Of a stretch of 64,000 nucleotides of DNA, positions 1 to 11,747 are shown one piece after another. The stretch covers positions 124,001 to 188,000 of the forward strand of contig MU004241.1 in assembly GCA_010405405.1 (NCBI GenBank). Direction: 5' to 3'. The translations under genes were made by a program, and so were the position numbers. The notes under the pieces are model-generated. The model made no database searches and was not told where the DNA came from. It worked only from the letters and a program-made list of their open reading frames with translations. The first letter of the stretch is position 1. Every line of letters starts with the position of its first letter. The stretch comes from Microthyrium microscopicum. Its lineage: Eukaryota.

Positions 1-384
1 GATACAGACAGTTGTGTGCTTTGAAATTTGCGGGGGGCATGATTTTTGTTGGCGTGTTTTCATATGCATTTGAACGGAAAGCGATGATTCTACGTGAAGC
101 CTTGGGTTATGATAGACGTCAAATTGACCTTGATAAGCTCGTGGCATCCTTCGGGCACATGGGCTCAAAGAGGTTTTACAAAAGCATAATGTATGAGCGG
201 TTCCGATATCCCTTTCGTTTTGTGTTGCGGTTTGGGTTTAGATATGTATATATATTAACAAGCTGTATAGATGCCCACCAGCAACTTCTAACAACGATCA
301 ATCCGCTAGTATTGCCATGCTGGAATCATGATTTGTTCACGATGCGCATACTCTATACATGTGTCAGTAATGTTCCAAACATAA

Positions 385-1897
385 TTACAAACTCAACGCA
401 GCCATCTCATCCGTTGTCTTCTCCACAGTTCTAGACTCCGATGTCTCCTTACCAGCTTCAGGTATCTTAGTCGGCGGTGCGCTCTCCTTCTGCTTTTCCT
501 CCCAAGTCTTGAGCTCTGCCAGCTTGCGCGCCGTCTCCGCCTCTTCCTTCTGGCGCCGCTCTGCTTCTTTTGCAGCGTTCTCTGCCTCTTTCGCAGCGTT
601 CTCCGTCTTCTCTTGCTCCTTGACCAGCGCCTCGAACTCCTCATCCACCTCGCCTTCGTCTACCGCTCCCCCTTCGTTCAGCACGTTACTGATCTCTTCG
701 ACATCAACCATTTGCTCGTCCAACCTATCCTTGACCTTTTCGACGCCCTCCACGCCGCCGACTTGTGCATTGAGGTCTTTGAGTACCCCAGCACTAGCAT
801 CCATAGCGCGCACGAGCGCTACATTGTCCGCCGCGGCGTCGATTGAATCCAGCGTGCTTTGTAACGTGAAGACTTGCTCCCGCCGCCGCTCCAAGGCTGT
901 TTCGACAGCTTTCTTGCGTTTCAATGCTGCGCGTGCAGCAGGCGTGTTATGCGCGGCTACAGCGGTGCGCGCTTGATTCGAGAGATGGGCGATGGAGGTC
1001 TCGAGGATATTTATAGGGGATGATATGGAGTCGAGGACAGTACGGAGCGTGGCTATGGTGGTGTCGGTTTGTGAGATAGGTGCGGCACCCAGTTTGAGTA
1101 GGATGTCGCCGTCCGGTAGAGTGGCGGTAGTAATGTGGGGGCGGTCGCGCGTGAGGTATGTGAGCAGGAGGGAGAGGTCTGCATCACTGAAGGGGACGGG
1201 AAGCGCGGCGCGCAAGGAGGAGAGTGTATGGATTTGGGATGTGGCGCTGGTCGATGTCGAGCGGAGATGTTTGAGGAGGAGGGTGGAGGCGGCTTCGAGG
1301 TTGGCTGGGATGACCCACTGGCCCTTGGGCAGACTATCTTGAGATCCGAACCCAATTTGTTTCCAGCCCCATATAAGAATGTCGCTGAGGGACGGTATGG
1401 TGGGAAGCCAGCGGCGCTGGTAGATGCTAGTGGGGGAGGTTATAAAGTCGTGTAATTCGATAAATTCGCGTGACTTTACTGCGTCTTCCTGTTCCAAGGC
1501 GTCAGTAGTCGGCTTAGTCCAAGGATTTCGAAGCGGAGAAACACACCACAACTTTTCCTAGAGCTACAGGTATTCCGAACTGTCTCATCTCCAAAGCGTG
1601 GAGCAGATGGTTGCCCGTCTCGAGCACAAATCGACTATCATCATATTCCTTGTGCTTTGGGTCCGCGGGTATTATACCCTCTCGGGCAGCAGATATTAGC
1701 CCCAGCCGCCATTCGTCTAGGTTCGCGCGGTAACCTTCTGGATTCGAGTGTTCGTAAGTCGCAAAGTCGCCGTACAGAGAGTTGAGTCGTCGAGTGCTGT
1801 TGTGGCGTTAGCGACACTTCAAGGGATATGAAAGCGGTGGAATGTACTCTTGAAAAGCTTCGCGTGTACTAGTCAAATAACGCAGCAGATCAGACAT
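385..1897 (-). CDS. CHM7: ESCRT-II/III hybrid protein CHMP7/Cmp7 (N-terminal winged-helix region + C-terminal Snf7 domain); 3 exons 1897-1848, 1796-1547, 1488-385, ~467 aa
   Basis: Spliced N-terminus MSDLLRYLTSTREAFQDTRRLNSLYGDFATYEHSNPEGYRANL; Snf7 helical region (ARAALKRKK...DNVALVRAMDASAGVLKDLNAQVGGVEGVE...DEGEVDEEFEAL). GT-AG introns 1847-1797 and 1546-1489 with CTRAC branch sites keep frame. Confidence 0.85.
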
Positions 1898-2192
1898 TTT
1901 AAACGGGTCAGAAGGCGGATAGCCGAAGTGGTGTTGCGATGATGGCGGCGATAAACAAGTAGAGTCGACGCCTAGCAACGTCATGAGACCAATCAGGTGG
2001 AGTTTCAGCCTTGGGTCCAGCCTTTTACCTCACTTCCTCGCACTTCACTTCTACTCGAGTTAGATATTCTTTATGAACTCCGATAACAGAAATGCAACCC
2101 TGCAAGGAGATAAAACAAGCTTTGGAGTGTATATTTTTAGCTTACGCTCATCTATGGCATAAAGCATGTCCAAACACCAATTGTCAACACTT

Positions 2193-2837
2193 CTATTTTT
2201 TGTCCAGCTCAAGGGTCATAACAACTCCGCCTCTGGATGTAAAGGCTTCAGGCAATTCACCTTCCGGGATCATATCTGAGTCTCCATTTGCTATCAATGC
2301 TTCAGCAAGCGTGCAGAGCCCAGCACTCTTGAAGCCCATAGACTCATACATTTTCAGTGGTGCAACGTTTTGTCGCTTTACCATGATTCGTACTCGCACT
2401 TTCTTAGGCTGTCCCTCTTGAACCTCCAGATAGTTAAAAGCTTCTTGACAAATTTTCTTGGCAATACCATGACCACGATGCTCGGGAAGCGTATACAACC
2501 CCAGCATCTGCCACTTTTCTTCCTCCTCGTCTGGTAAGGCAGGCGGCTGACCAGACTCCTCAGGTAGGTCATATATTGAGGTGGTTATGGGGCCGAGGAC
2601 GGTAACTTGAGCAACCCATTCTCCAGTTGATCTTGCAGCAACGACGAAGGTTTCTTTGCTGGGCTCGCTTAGACGGGCAATCCATGTATCGAGGGAGAAC
2701 CTGGATTCGGTTTCATATGTTGATGAGAAAGAGGTTGGAGATTGTTGCAGTGCGGCTAGTCGAAGATCTCGATACTTTGCTGCTTGGGTGGCTATGTTGG
2801 AGCCGTAGCGATCAATGTGGATATATTGGTATTCCAT
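2193..2837 (-). CDS. GNAT family N-acetyltransferase, ~214 aa
   Basis: Acetyl-CoA binding motif GLYTLPEHRGHGIAKK and N..A...YESMGF-like motif; fungal-type start YRDLRLAALQQSPTSFSSTYETE; ATG at 2837. Confidence 0.85.
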   Translation of the reverse strand: MEYQYIHIDRYGSNIATQAAKYRDLRLAALQQSPTSFSSTYETESRFSLDTWIARLSEPSKETFVVAARSTGEWVAQVTVLGPITTSIYDLPEESGQPPALPDEEEEKWQMLGLYTLPEHRGHGIAKKICQEAFNYLEVQEGQPKKVRVRIMVKRQNVAPLKMYESMGFKSAGLCTLAEALIANGDSDMIPEGELPEAFTSRGGVVMTLELDKK

Positions 2838-3321
2838 TGGTAATAATTTGACATCAGGGTATGACTTTGGGACTTGATGAAGATGTTTGAACAATGCAAT
2901 ATGCACTGAAAATGGAAATGCTCTTGCTTCAGTATGAGAGTAAGCTGCAGAAACATGGACATTGGAAGGCATTATTTTACAATGAGTCACAGGTCAATAT
3001 CGCAACGTTTTTGGTGGATACGATTACTGATCATGTAACAAACAGAACAAAAAAATGGCTGATAGAGAAATCTGAATAAAGATGGAAAGCCATTCCTCCC
3101 AAGAATAAGACTCCGCTTTGAGAAATTGAATAGCACGCCTCATTGGAACAATCTGATCCCAGTTTGTTTTGTTGGGAGTTTATTTGCAGATCTTGCAAAA
3201 GAACAGGAAAATGATTAATTGGCGCATTGGAGTTTGGAGGTTTGAGAAAGCAAGAAATAAAATAGTAAACAAATCACGGATATGTACGATTATGAGGCAA
3301 TAATTGTTCCAATCTTTTGGT

Positions 3322-3423
3322 GCCCGGCTGGCACAATTGGCTAGCGCGTCAGACTTTTATCGTCTCCCAGTTTAACTGGATTGCTAAATCTGAAGGTTGT
3401 GAGTTCAAGCCTCACGCTGGGCG
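3322..3423 (+). tRNA. tRNA-Lys(UUU) with a 28-nt intron (3360-3387)
   Basis: Acceptor stem GCCCGGC/GCTGGGC, anticodon arm TCAGA-CT-TTT-A[intron]A-TCTGA, T-arm GTGAG-TTCAAGC-CTCAC, discriminator G, T7 Pol III terminator at ~3427-3433. Confidence 0.92.
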
Positions 3424-3680
3424 TCCTTTTTTTGTACTCTTGGGCCATGAAAACAGAATCTCAGAACTATATTTTTGGATATATAGCTGGTATAACTTTT
3501 TTTCATCATTATGCAACTCGAGTGTATTTATGCATTGTTTGACGCTTTGACCAGGTGATTTGAGCCTCAAATTGTGCAAGTCATCTTTGATGCATCTCCA
3601 AGTTCCAACAAAACATCCCTCTCGGAACAATCGCCAGGGGGAAGAGTCATCGCAAAGCGGGAGTCAGCGCCGACTATTTC

Positions 3681-6487
3681 ATGAGGTGCTGCGCCTGGCA
3701 ATCAAAGCTCCCAAAGCTGGGCAGAATCTTGATACCACCACTTCCACTGCATCCCGCCAGAGTGTGCCTAAACTTCTATTCGCAACAAACCTTTCGGCCA
3801 GCACCGTCGCGCAGACTCGTCATGGCCTCTATCGTCCTTGATGAAGTCGAAAAGACTTTTCGCACATTACTCCTGGACGTGGTCAAATTTATCGAAGAAA
3901 CACCTAATATCGAGTCTTCCAATGTCTCGCTGCCCGAAAAGCTTGCCAAAGCACCACTCACTATTCGTTGGACAGGAGGATGGGTTCGCGACAAGTTGAT
4001 CCATGTACCAAGCAAAGATATTGATGTTGCCATCAACAAAATGACAGGATATCAATTTGCTATGTGCATCAAGAACTTCCTGGAGCTGCCGCATGTTTCT
4101 GAGAAATATGGCAAAAAGCCTCTGAAGCTTCATAAGATCGAGGCCAATCCTGACAAGTCCAAGCACCTAGAGACCACAACCATCCGACTTTTCGATCTCG
4201 ATATAGATTTTGTAAATCTGCGCAAAGAGACGTACACAGAGGAGTCACGAAATCCTCAAGTCGAATTTGGTACCCCTGAAGAAGACGCTCTAAGGCGTGA
4301 TGCCACTATCAACGCAATGTTTTACAACATCCACACCTCATCTGTCGAAGACTTTACCAACCGTGGGCTTGAAGATTTGAAAAACGGAATTATACGAACT
4401 CCGTTGGACCCTCGCACAACATTCTTAGACGACCCTCTCCGTGTATTGCGCTTGATCCGATTTGCGACACGTTATGGCTACGAAATCGACGAAGACTCAC
4501 GCAAATCTATGGCCAGCAAAGACATTAAGAAAGCCCTTATGGCCAAGATCACTCGCGAACGCGTCTGGACGGAGCTGGAAAAAATGTTGAGAGGGCCTGA
4601 TCCAAAAGCAGCTTTGAAATATGTCCATGATCTGGGACTTTATGAGGTGGTTTTTGTTGATCCTTCAAATCCGGATTTTTACCACCCCGATCTGGTAAAT
4701 TGGTCTACTGTCTACAGTCTAGTCGATGAAATCATTCACGAGACCTCCATTTCAACACAAACAATCAAGGCCATCGCCGTTCACGACAAAGAGAGCGAGT
4801 TTATTGCTTGGATGATTGCTTCGTTAGTGCCTTGGACAGATGCACCTGAGGCACCTCCTTTGAAATCTGGTCGCGCGGCTCCACCAATGATTGCTACAGT
4901 GGCCAAAGAAGGACTGAAGACCACAAGCAAGCTCTGGGACTTGTATACGCTAAGCGTGCAGCATATGGAAGCAATTCGAACTTTCAAGAGTAAGAGCAGC
5001 CTGGCGCGGGACTCCCTTGGTATGGCCATTCGGAAATGGGGACCAACTTGGACGCAACAAGTATTGTTTTCCATGGTTCATGAGGTTATGGAGGAGCCTG
5101 ACAAGAAGATGGGTAATACACGAGAGCACTTCATGAAGCTACCAAAGCGCTAACCTTTTCAGGGATCCTCAAAGCATACTCTGAATTTTTGAACAAATGC
5201 AAGGCAATGAACTTACTCGAAGCGTACTCATTCAAGCCGCTTCTTGATGGAAAACAGCTTGCTGCGGCCTTATCTACAAAACCAGGTGTTTGGATGAAAA
5301 CTGCATTGGACGTAGTCATGGCCTGGCAATTGCGTAATCCAGAGAACACAGACAAAGATGCTGTTCTAGAGCAAGTCCGGACTTGGAAAGAGACCTACCA
5401 ACCAGAACCAGAACCTCCAAAGAAGAAGCAAAAAAAGCAGGGTGAGCTGACTTCCGATCTAACTACCCATTTTCTTCGGCTCACTCTTCGTCCTCTTTTC
5501 TCGCAGACACCACGACCCCATGATCTCACTGAAGCCGGGCGACGAAACATAAACGCCAGTGTACTTCGAAAGGATATTTCAGGGGTGTTTGACGAAGACA
5601 TTCGACCGTGGAAAACAAAAGATTCTTGGGCCCTCGACTTATTATTGTGGGTATGCAAGAGCCTTGATCATGAGTGTGTTGAGCGTGAATGGGGCGTTTT
5701 AATCCCACCCGTTCTGACTGTTCTTGACGACACGGATGTTGAAATCAAAACTCGAGGCTGCCAACTTTTACAGAACTTGTTATTAAACACACCATCCGAT
5801 CTTCTCAAGCGAACAGGCCTGGTCCCCGTCTTTGAAGAATCCCTCCTCTCCTGCACCTCTTATTTACCTACACTCACTCCCGAAAAAGAGTCTATCACCA
5901 TCCTCAATGCAGCATTTCCTGCTCTCATTGCTTTAGCCGACGCTGCATATCCAATAAGCCCCGAACAGACACATTCCCCTCCCAAAGTCAAATTCCTTCT
6001 CAAAGTCCTTCGTCAGGCTTTCTTTGCCGGCTACAAACATGCCGGTGAAAACATTCGTGTTGCAGAGACATTACTTATAAACCTAGTACCGTTACTAAGA
6101 GCACTTGGTATTGACTCCGTGATCCACTTGAAGGACCTTGTTCCTATTCTGTCAGATCTTCTGGATGATCCCTTTGGACCTGCATCACCTGCCCTGATGA
6201 CTGCGGGATTGAAAGCTTCGGCAGAGCTGATCCAGGTGGCACGCCCTCGCATAGGCTACTATCGCGGCAGCATACTCAAAGGTCTTACCGGACTCTGGCT
6301 GAGGCTGGATGAAGATAAAGGGCTTGAGCAGTCTGAAACAGACTCTCTGCGAGAGCGATTGAGAGATGTGTTCGCGGCACTTGATGACGCCGTGAAGAGC
6401 GAGAATGAATGGAACAAGGACTGGGCCAAGGAACGGAAAAGTTTGACTGATGCAGATGAGCGCTTGAGCAAGCTTTTTGCTTCCTAG
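3681..6487 (+). CDS. CCA1: CCA tRNA nucleotidyltransferase fused in frame to a C-terminal Tti2-like domain; exons 3681-5112 and 5163-6487, ~918 aa
   Basis: Class II nucleotidyltransferase motifs GGWVRDKL, DIDVA, DFVNLRKETY, EDALRRDATINA, DDPLRVLRLIRFA. Intron 5113-5162 (GTAATA..GCTAAC..CAG) joins in frame to KPLLDGKQL. From ~5441 the sequence reads as fungal Tti2 (LRPLFS, PWK, LIPPVLTVLDD, TGLVPVFEE, YLPTLTPEKES). Confidence 0.88.
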
Positions 6488-6574
6488 CCTGGCAGTGTAG
6501 ATCTGTCTATCTGTGGTAATTACAAAATCTGGTGTGAAATCTGGTCTTGTGAGTGCATCCTTATGCTTCTGATA

Positions 6575-7627
6575 CTATTTCTCTGGTCCAAGCAAGCCTT
6601 TGACAATGATATTCTGCTGTGCTTCACCTGCCAGGAATCTTTGCACGTTCTCAGTTAGCATTCGGGTGAGATTGAGTCTTGTCAGTTCCGAGAACCATGC
6701 AACATGTGGGCTTGCCACGAAGTTCGCATCATCTGCCAAGTCCCTGAGAAGAGGAGTGTCGTTTTGATCCGATGGTTCCACGTCAAAGACGTCGGTCGCA
6801 TAGCCTGCGATCTGCTTCTCGTTCAAGGCCTTTGTCATAGCCGCCTCGTCCACAATTCCTCCCCGCGAAACATTAACCACCAACGCATTTCTCCGCATTG
6901 CCTGCAATTCTTCTGTCGATATCAAGTTCAACGTTTCAGTCGTCTTCGGACACACCACCACCAATGTCGTCGCGACCTTTAACAGCTTTCCAAAGCTCAC
7001 TCTCTTCGGATTCTTCAGATCCACGCTCTCAATCTCGTCACTCTCCCCTTCCACCACCACGCCCTTCCGCCCTGATACAATAACCTGCATTCCCAACGCC
7101 TTCATTAACTCCGCCACTCGCTTTCCAATCGCGCCATATCCCACAATCCCACAGACCTCCTCCCGTAATGTTATCGGCCAGACACCATCCGCATCCCTCA
7201 TATATCTCGTCAAACTCTTACTAGCTTTCCACTCGCCCGCCATCGTTCGATTATGCATTTGCGGCACACTTTTTCTTGCCGCAAAGTATAGCGCGATCAC
7301 ATGTTCTGCTACAGCATCCGTATTTGCGCCTGGTGTATTACTAACTCCAATGCCACGTTCCTCACATGCCTTCAAGTCGATATTATCAGTGCCGACGCCT
7401 AGCGTGGCGATGAAGCGCAGTTTAGGTGTGATTGAGGGTGATAGAATCTCAGCGGTGAAGTTTATAGTTGGCATGCCAATTATGATCGTGGCGTCGAGGA
7501 TGCGTTCGCGTAAGTCGGCGGCGGAGGTGGTCGGGTACGAGGTTTGCGTTGCTGTATGTGGAGCGGGGATAGGGAAGGTCGGGATTGGCATATGGATGCC
7601 CTCGAGGACGACGATGTGGTGATGCAT
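6575..7627 (-). CDS. D-isomer-specific 2-hydroxyacid dehydrogenase (glycerate dehydrogenase/hydroxypyruvate reductase-like)
   Basis: GVGTDNID, VAEH, Rossmann GIVGYGAIG, catalytic NVSRGGIVDE, DVFDVEP, SPHVAW; intronless 350 aa ORF. Confidence 0.92.
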   Translation of the reverse strand: MHHHIVVLEGIHMPIPTFPIPAPHTATQTSYPTTSAADLRERILDATIIIGMPTINFTAEILSPSITPKLRFIATLGVGTDNIDLKACEERGIGVSNTPGANTDAVAEHVIALYFAARKSVPQMHNRTMAGEWKASKSLTRYMRDADGVWPITLREEVCGIVGYGAIGKRVAELMKALGMQVIVSGRKGVVVEGESDEIESVDLKNPKRVSFGKLLKVATTLVVVCPKTTETLNLISTEELQAMRRNALVVNVSRGGIVDEAAMTKALNEKQIAGYATDVFDVEPSDQNDTPLLRDLADDANFVASPHVAWFSELTRLNLTRMLTENVQRFLAGEAQQNIIVKGLLGPEK

Positions 7628-8969
7628 TGCTGCGGTATGGACTGTATGAGGCAGCTTGCGAGATTGGATCTCAAGGTGGTTGAGTGGGAGAAGCGGATTA
7701 TATGGTCATGGTGGATCTGAGTCTGACGCCCTAGGGATTACATGTGTGGATGATATCCGAAGTGGGCGATTACCTGTAGTGAGCCGTGGAAATAACGGTG
7801 GTGCTGACATGTCAGCGTCCCAAGTGAAGATTGCAGAAGACGCTGAAATAGACTGTATACATATCGCATGCTAGTACTTTAATACACTCTACCAAGCTGT
7901 ATGTGCTAATCGAGAAGGACACGCACATATAGCCACTCGATACAGCATGACAACCTTCCAGTCTTGAGAACTCGTATTCTGAGGTTGAACCATCTCAGTA
8001 TCATTCTTGGATTCTAGCCGAGACTTATGGCCATGTATTTACCATCAAATGTTCAAAGGCGCTTATTGATCTCTCCACCGTGTAACATATCGAAGCAATG
8101 TCAAGATGGAGTTATGCACAAGTAAATAATCGAATATCTCGGCTATTGGCGGCACTCTGAAACATAATTTTTGATCCCACGTTACTCGACATGCACTAAC
8201 AGCGACTGGGGCCAGGGGCTACGGAGTACAGAGGATTAGCCGCCCGCCACTAAGATTCTGGCTTGGCTGTATACGGTTAGCTCAGCCTCATAGGAATCCT
8301 TCCTTCCCTTTATCAAAGCTTGACTTTCCATTGGATTTGAGTTACTTACTGTGCCGCTGGAATCATGTTGCCCTCTCCCTTAGAGCTTTCTTTAGAAACA
8401 CGAGCTTTGGATCGGTCTAAAGGACACTGGTTTTGAAATCCCCAACCAATTCCGTTGAAATTTGTGCTTAGGCCAGTCAGTCAGAGTCAGATGTCAAATT
8501 GGGTTTTCATGATTTTGCTCAATCTCAGCGGCGCAGTAACGATCAATAAGTTTGTCGAATCTCAGTCAAATGCAATCTTCGGAAGTGCAAGCCAGGTCTT
8601 GGCGACTGGAATATCTAGGGCGCTATAGGCTGTTTGGAATTCTCCAATTCTGCTGGTTGTCAAGAAGGTCAAGTACACAAGCCTCCACGACCAGTCGCTC
8701 CAGCTGCTGCTCCAAGATTGGAAGCGTCAGAGACGTTGGCTAAAGCACGGCTTCCCGGTTCCTATTCTCAATAAGTATTGACCAATCCCCAGGATCTTGA
8801 TTTGGTATCTTGTTTCTTGGCTCTCATATTCTGTCAAACCGTTCTGGGAAACTGCCTGCTCTCCATGCTCCATGATACCCAACTTTTCACGTATATGACG
8901 ACCAGCCCTGGCCGTCTATGATCATTTGTCAATACTAGCTCACGTCTGTGAAAGTCATTGATTTATAGG

Positions 8970-10138
8970 ATGTCGACACAACCATCCAGCGCGCTGCCAG
9001 CGCCGACGGCGAGTGCTGCTCCAACAACAGTCAAAATAAGTAGCTCTCAGGACAAGCAAACGACTACTTTGTTTATAGATCATTCAAGATTTTCCAGCGC
9101 ACCTTCCGACGCTCCAGCAGTTCTCACAGTGTGGACTCCTGTCAAGGATTGTTTTTCAAACGGATTTTATTACGGCTCTGATTTCGGAACCACGACCTCA
9201 GGCTTCACTCCTACTTTGGTCTTATTTCCCACGCAGGTAACTGGACGTCAATCCATGTCAGGAGCCTGGTGTTTCCCTTATCAAAATACTGGACAATTCT
9301 ACTCTCCAGCTGTATGTCCCTCAGGTTATACAACTGCAACCGCTCAAGTTATGATTGACACACTGCTTGGTTCAACCCAATATATAGCTACGTGCTGCCC
9401 CTCGTAAGACTGAGTAGGCCATACATCTTGGGATCAGGGCTAAATTTTCATAGATCATTAACTTTAAGCCAGCAAGGTTGCACCGGTATGACAGATAGAA
9501 CCAGTATATTGTCATGGTATCCTAGCTACACTGTACCCCTCTCACCCTTTTCAAGAACCACACCATATATCACCGAAATTTGGCTTGATTTATTCGTCAG
9601 CTCTCCAGTCACGGTGGGATTAAGCGCACCTGCCTTCATCGCATATTGGCAGAATACCGACGTGCAGATCATGCGATTATTGAACATAACCAGCTCGAGC
9701 AGCACAACTATAACTCGTAGCCAGAGCTCACCACTGGTGAGTTCCACACCAAAAGCCTCGTTTGGGGATCAAGCGGGCCCAATTGCCGGAGTCGTTGTTG
9801 GCGCTTTGGCAATCCTAGCGGCTGTATGTGGCCTTGTATGGGTCCTGCTTTTCTACAGAAGACGTCGAAAGAATCCCAGATCCCCAACGTCGAATGAGGA
9901 GTCGGATGGCTGGGGCAAGGCTGAGCTTGGCGGAGAGGATGTTTCACGCTTCGAAAAAGACGCAGCCTCATATCACGAATTTCCAGGGCCGGCGATTCCA
10001 CCAACAGAACTGCTTGGGTCGGTCCCTGAGCCTCAAGAGCTGGGGAATCATGGCAGAGCTTCATTAGATCAGGCTCGATCTGCCACCACGTCGCTACCAG
10101 TTGAAGAAACAGATAACACAATTCATATTGTCAGATAA
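8970..10138 (+). CDS. Fungal single-pass membrane protein with YSPxxCPxGY...CCP domain, Ser/Thr stalk, TM helix and ELxG-repeat tail; exons 8970-9403, 9454-10138
   Basis: FYSPAVCPSGYTTA...ATCCPS; 50-nt GTAAGA..GCTAAA..TAG intron keeps frame; TM IAGVVVGALAILAAVCGLVWVLLFY followed by RRRRK. Confidence 0.8.
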
Positions 10139-10979
10139 CACGATGAAGGTCACATATGGGCCATCATCCATCAAATATTGTCAGAACCACCATGTATTCT
10201 GCACAAGTGAAAGGTTAATTTACAAAACAGGCCACATTCCTAGAGCAGTAGTCCTGGATTTCCATTTTGATACGTATGAACCCCCATAATCGAGGTTGTT
10301 TCTCAAGAATTGAATACGGACTGACTTCTTGGGTATCGTGCTTGCCAAGAAGCTCTGATGTCTCTAACCCAATATCTGGAACTTTTACTACAACAGTCCC
10401 AAATGGCCAAGTAGGGACACACTCTTGCGTTCATCCGTCAAGCAAATGACAGATTGGATGTCCTTCGGGTCTCGTCGAACAGTTTAGTTGAAAGTTTTTG
10501 GCTCCTAAAGATATCGGAATTACCAGCAGCCGGTTTTTTAACAGCGGATGAAAGCCCTTTCGAACCCAGCAACGCTGTAGGAATAGGCAGGTGTGACGGA
10601 AGCAGGCTCCATATGTTAGTAGCTGAGGACAACGAAGAGATCAACGTATGCTGCTGACAATAAGCCAAGTGAAGCCAACTCATATTTTCATTCACTCAGT
10701 AATGACCTTCACTTGCTGGGTAATGACGATGAAAGCACAATGTATCTCATTCTGACCTGGTACCACAGGACTTGCGCAATAGACTACCCTCACATACCTG
10801 GAGCTTTACATAATGAGTCGTTGTCCCTTTTTATGACGATTTGAAATCCAATGGTCATAAGCTGAACTCGAATATCTGCCATGCAAAAGCCATTTTTACG
10901 GAGCTGTTGTTCTGAGCCTACTCTATAGTATCGGATATGCGTGATTGTGTGAAATTCTACATATAAGGTCCATTCCTCT

Positions 10980-11700
10980 TCATGTTATTTTTTGCTTATA
11001 TCAGTTACTTAGGTAGATATCTACTTGGGTAAATTAGGTGTTTAATACTAAAGACAGGTAAAGCAGGTCGCCACATGGCAAATTAAACGGCATACTCGTA
11101 CTAACACCTATTGCTAGAGTACTATTCGCTACCTGTATAGAGAGTTTGCTCTTTACTATTTGATTTTACACATTATAGAAATTACCTATAAGGTAGAAGA
11201 GTAGGTACTTAATTAGAGCTTTAGCTAATAATAAATAATAATATAGTTTAGGGAAATAGTCTATTAACCTTACTATTTCGCTCGTAGGCTCCCTCTATGC
11301 CGTAAAACACTAGAGTAGGATTTTATATATAATAGTAACGATAAATAAGTGTTTATTCTTTCTAATAGGTATTTAGGTATAACTATATTTATTAACTTTA
11401 AACCTGATTTAAGCCTATCTAGTAGACTTATTTATTCCTTTATCCTATTTTTAAATAGTAGAATATTAAGGAAGTATTTATATAATAAACTCGTTTAAGG
11501 TATATAGCTTTAGCTACCTAGTACCTAGATAAAGATTTTGCGTGTTAATACGTGTATGGACTTAGAGGATACTATACCATTACTATACTTCTAAAGAGGG
11601 AACTTTTTAATAGGATAGGGTACTAAAATGTTATCAATTTGTACTAATGTATCCTGTGTCTCTATTGTAGTGCCTAGCCCTCTCAAAAATGTCACTAATA
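10980..11700. repeat. Small AT-rich, RIP-like degenerate island of unknown origin
   Basis: Abrupt rise in TpA and loss of CpA/TpG, no ORFs; boundaries approximate. Confidence 0.6.
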
Positions 11701-11747
11701 GCCAGATTTCGCAAGTTGATTGTTGATTCGCCGTATGCTAATTCATT

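Noticed and set aside
509..1455. Plus-strand ORFs antisense to CHMP7 (and similar shadow ORFs over other genes)
   Set aside because: Shadows of GC-rich coding sequence on the opposite strand.
2838..2990. N-terminal extension of the GNAT ORF
   Set aside because: Begins at a non-ATG codon and looks like UTR; the family-like sequence starts at ATG 2837.
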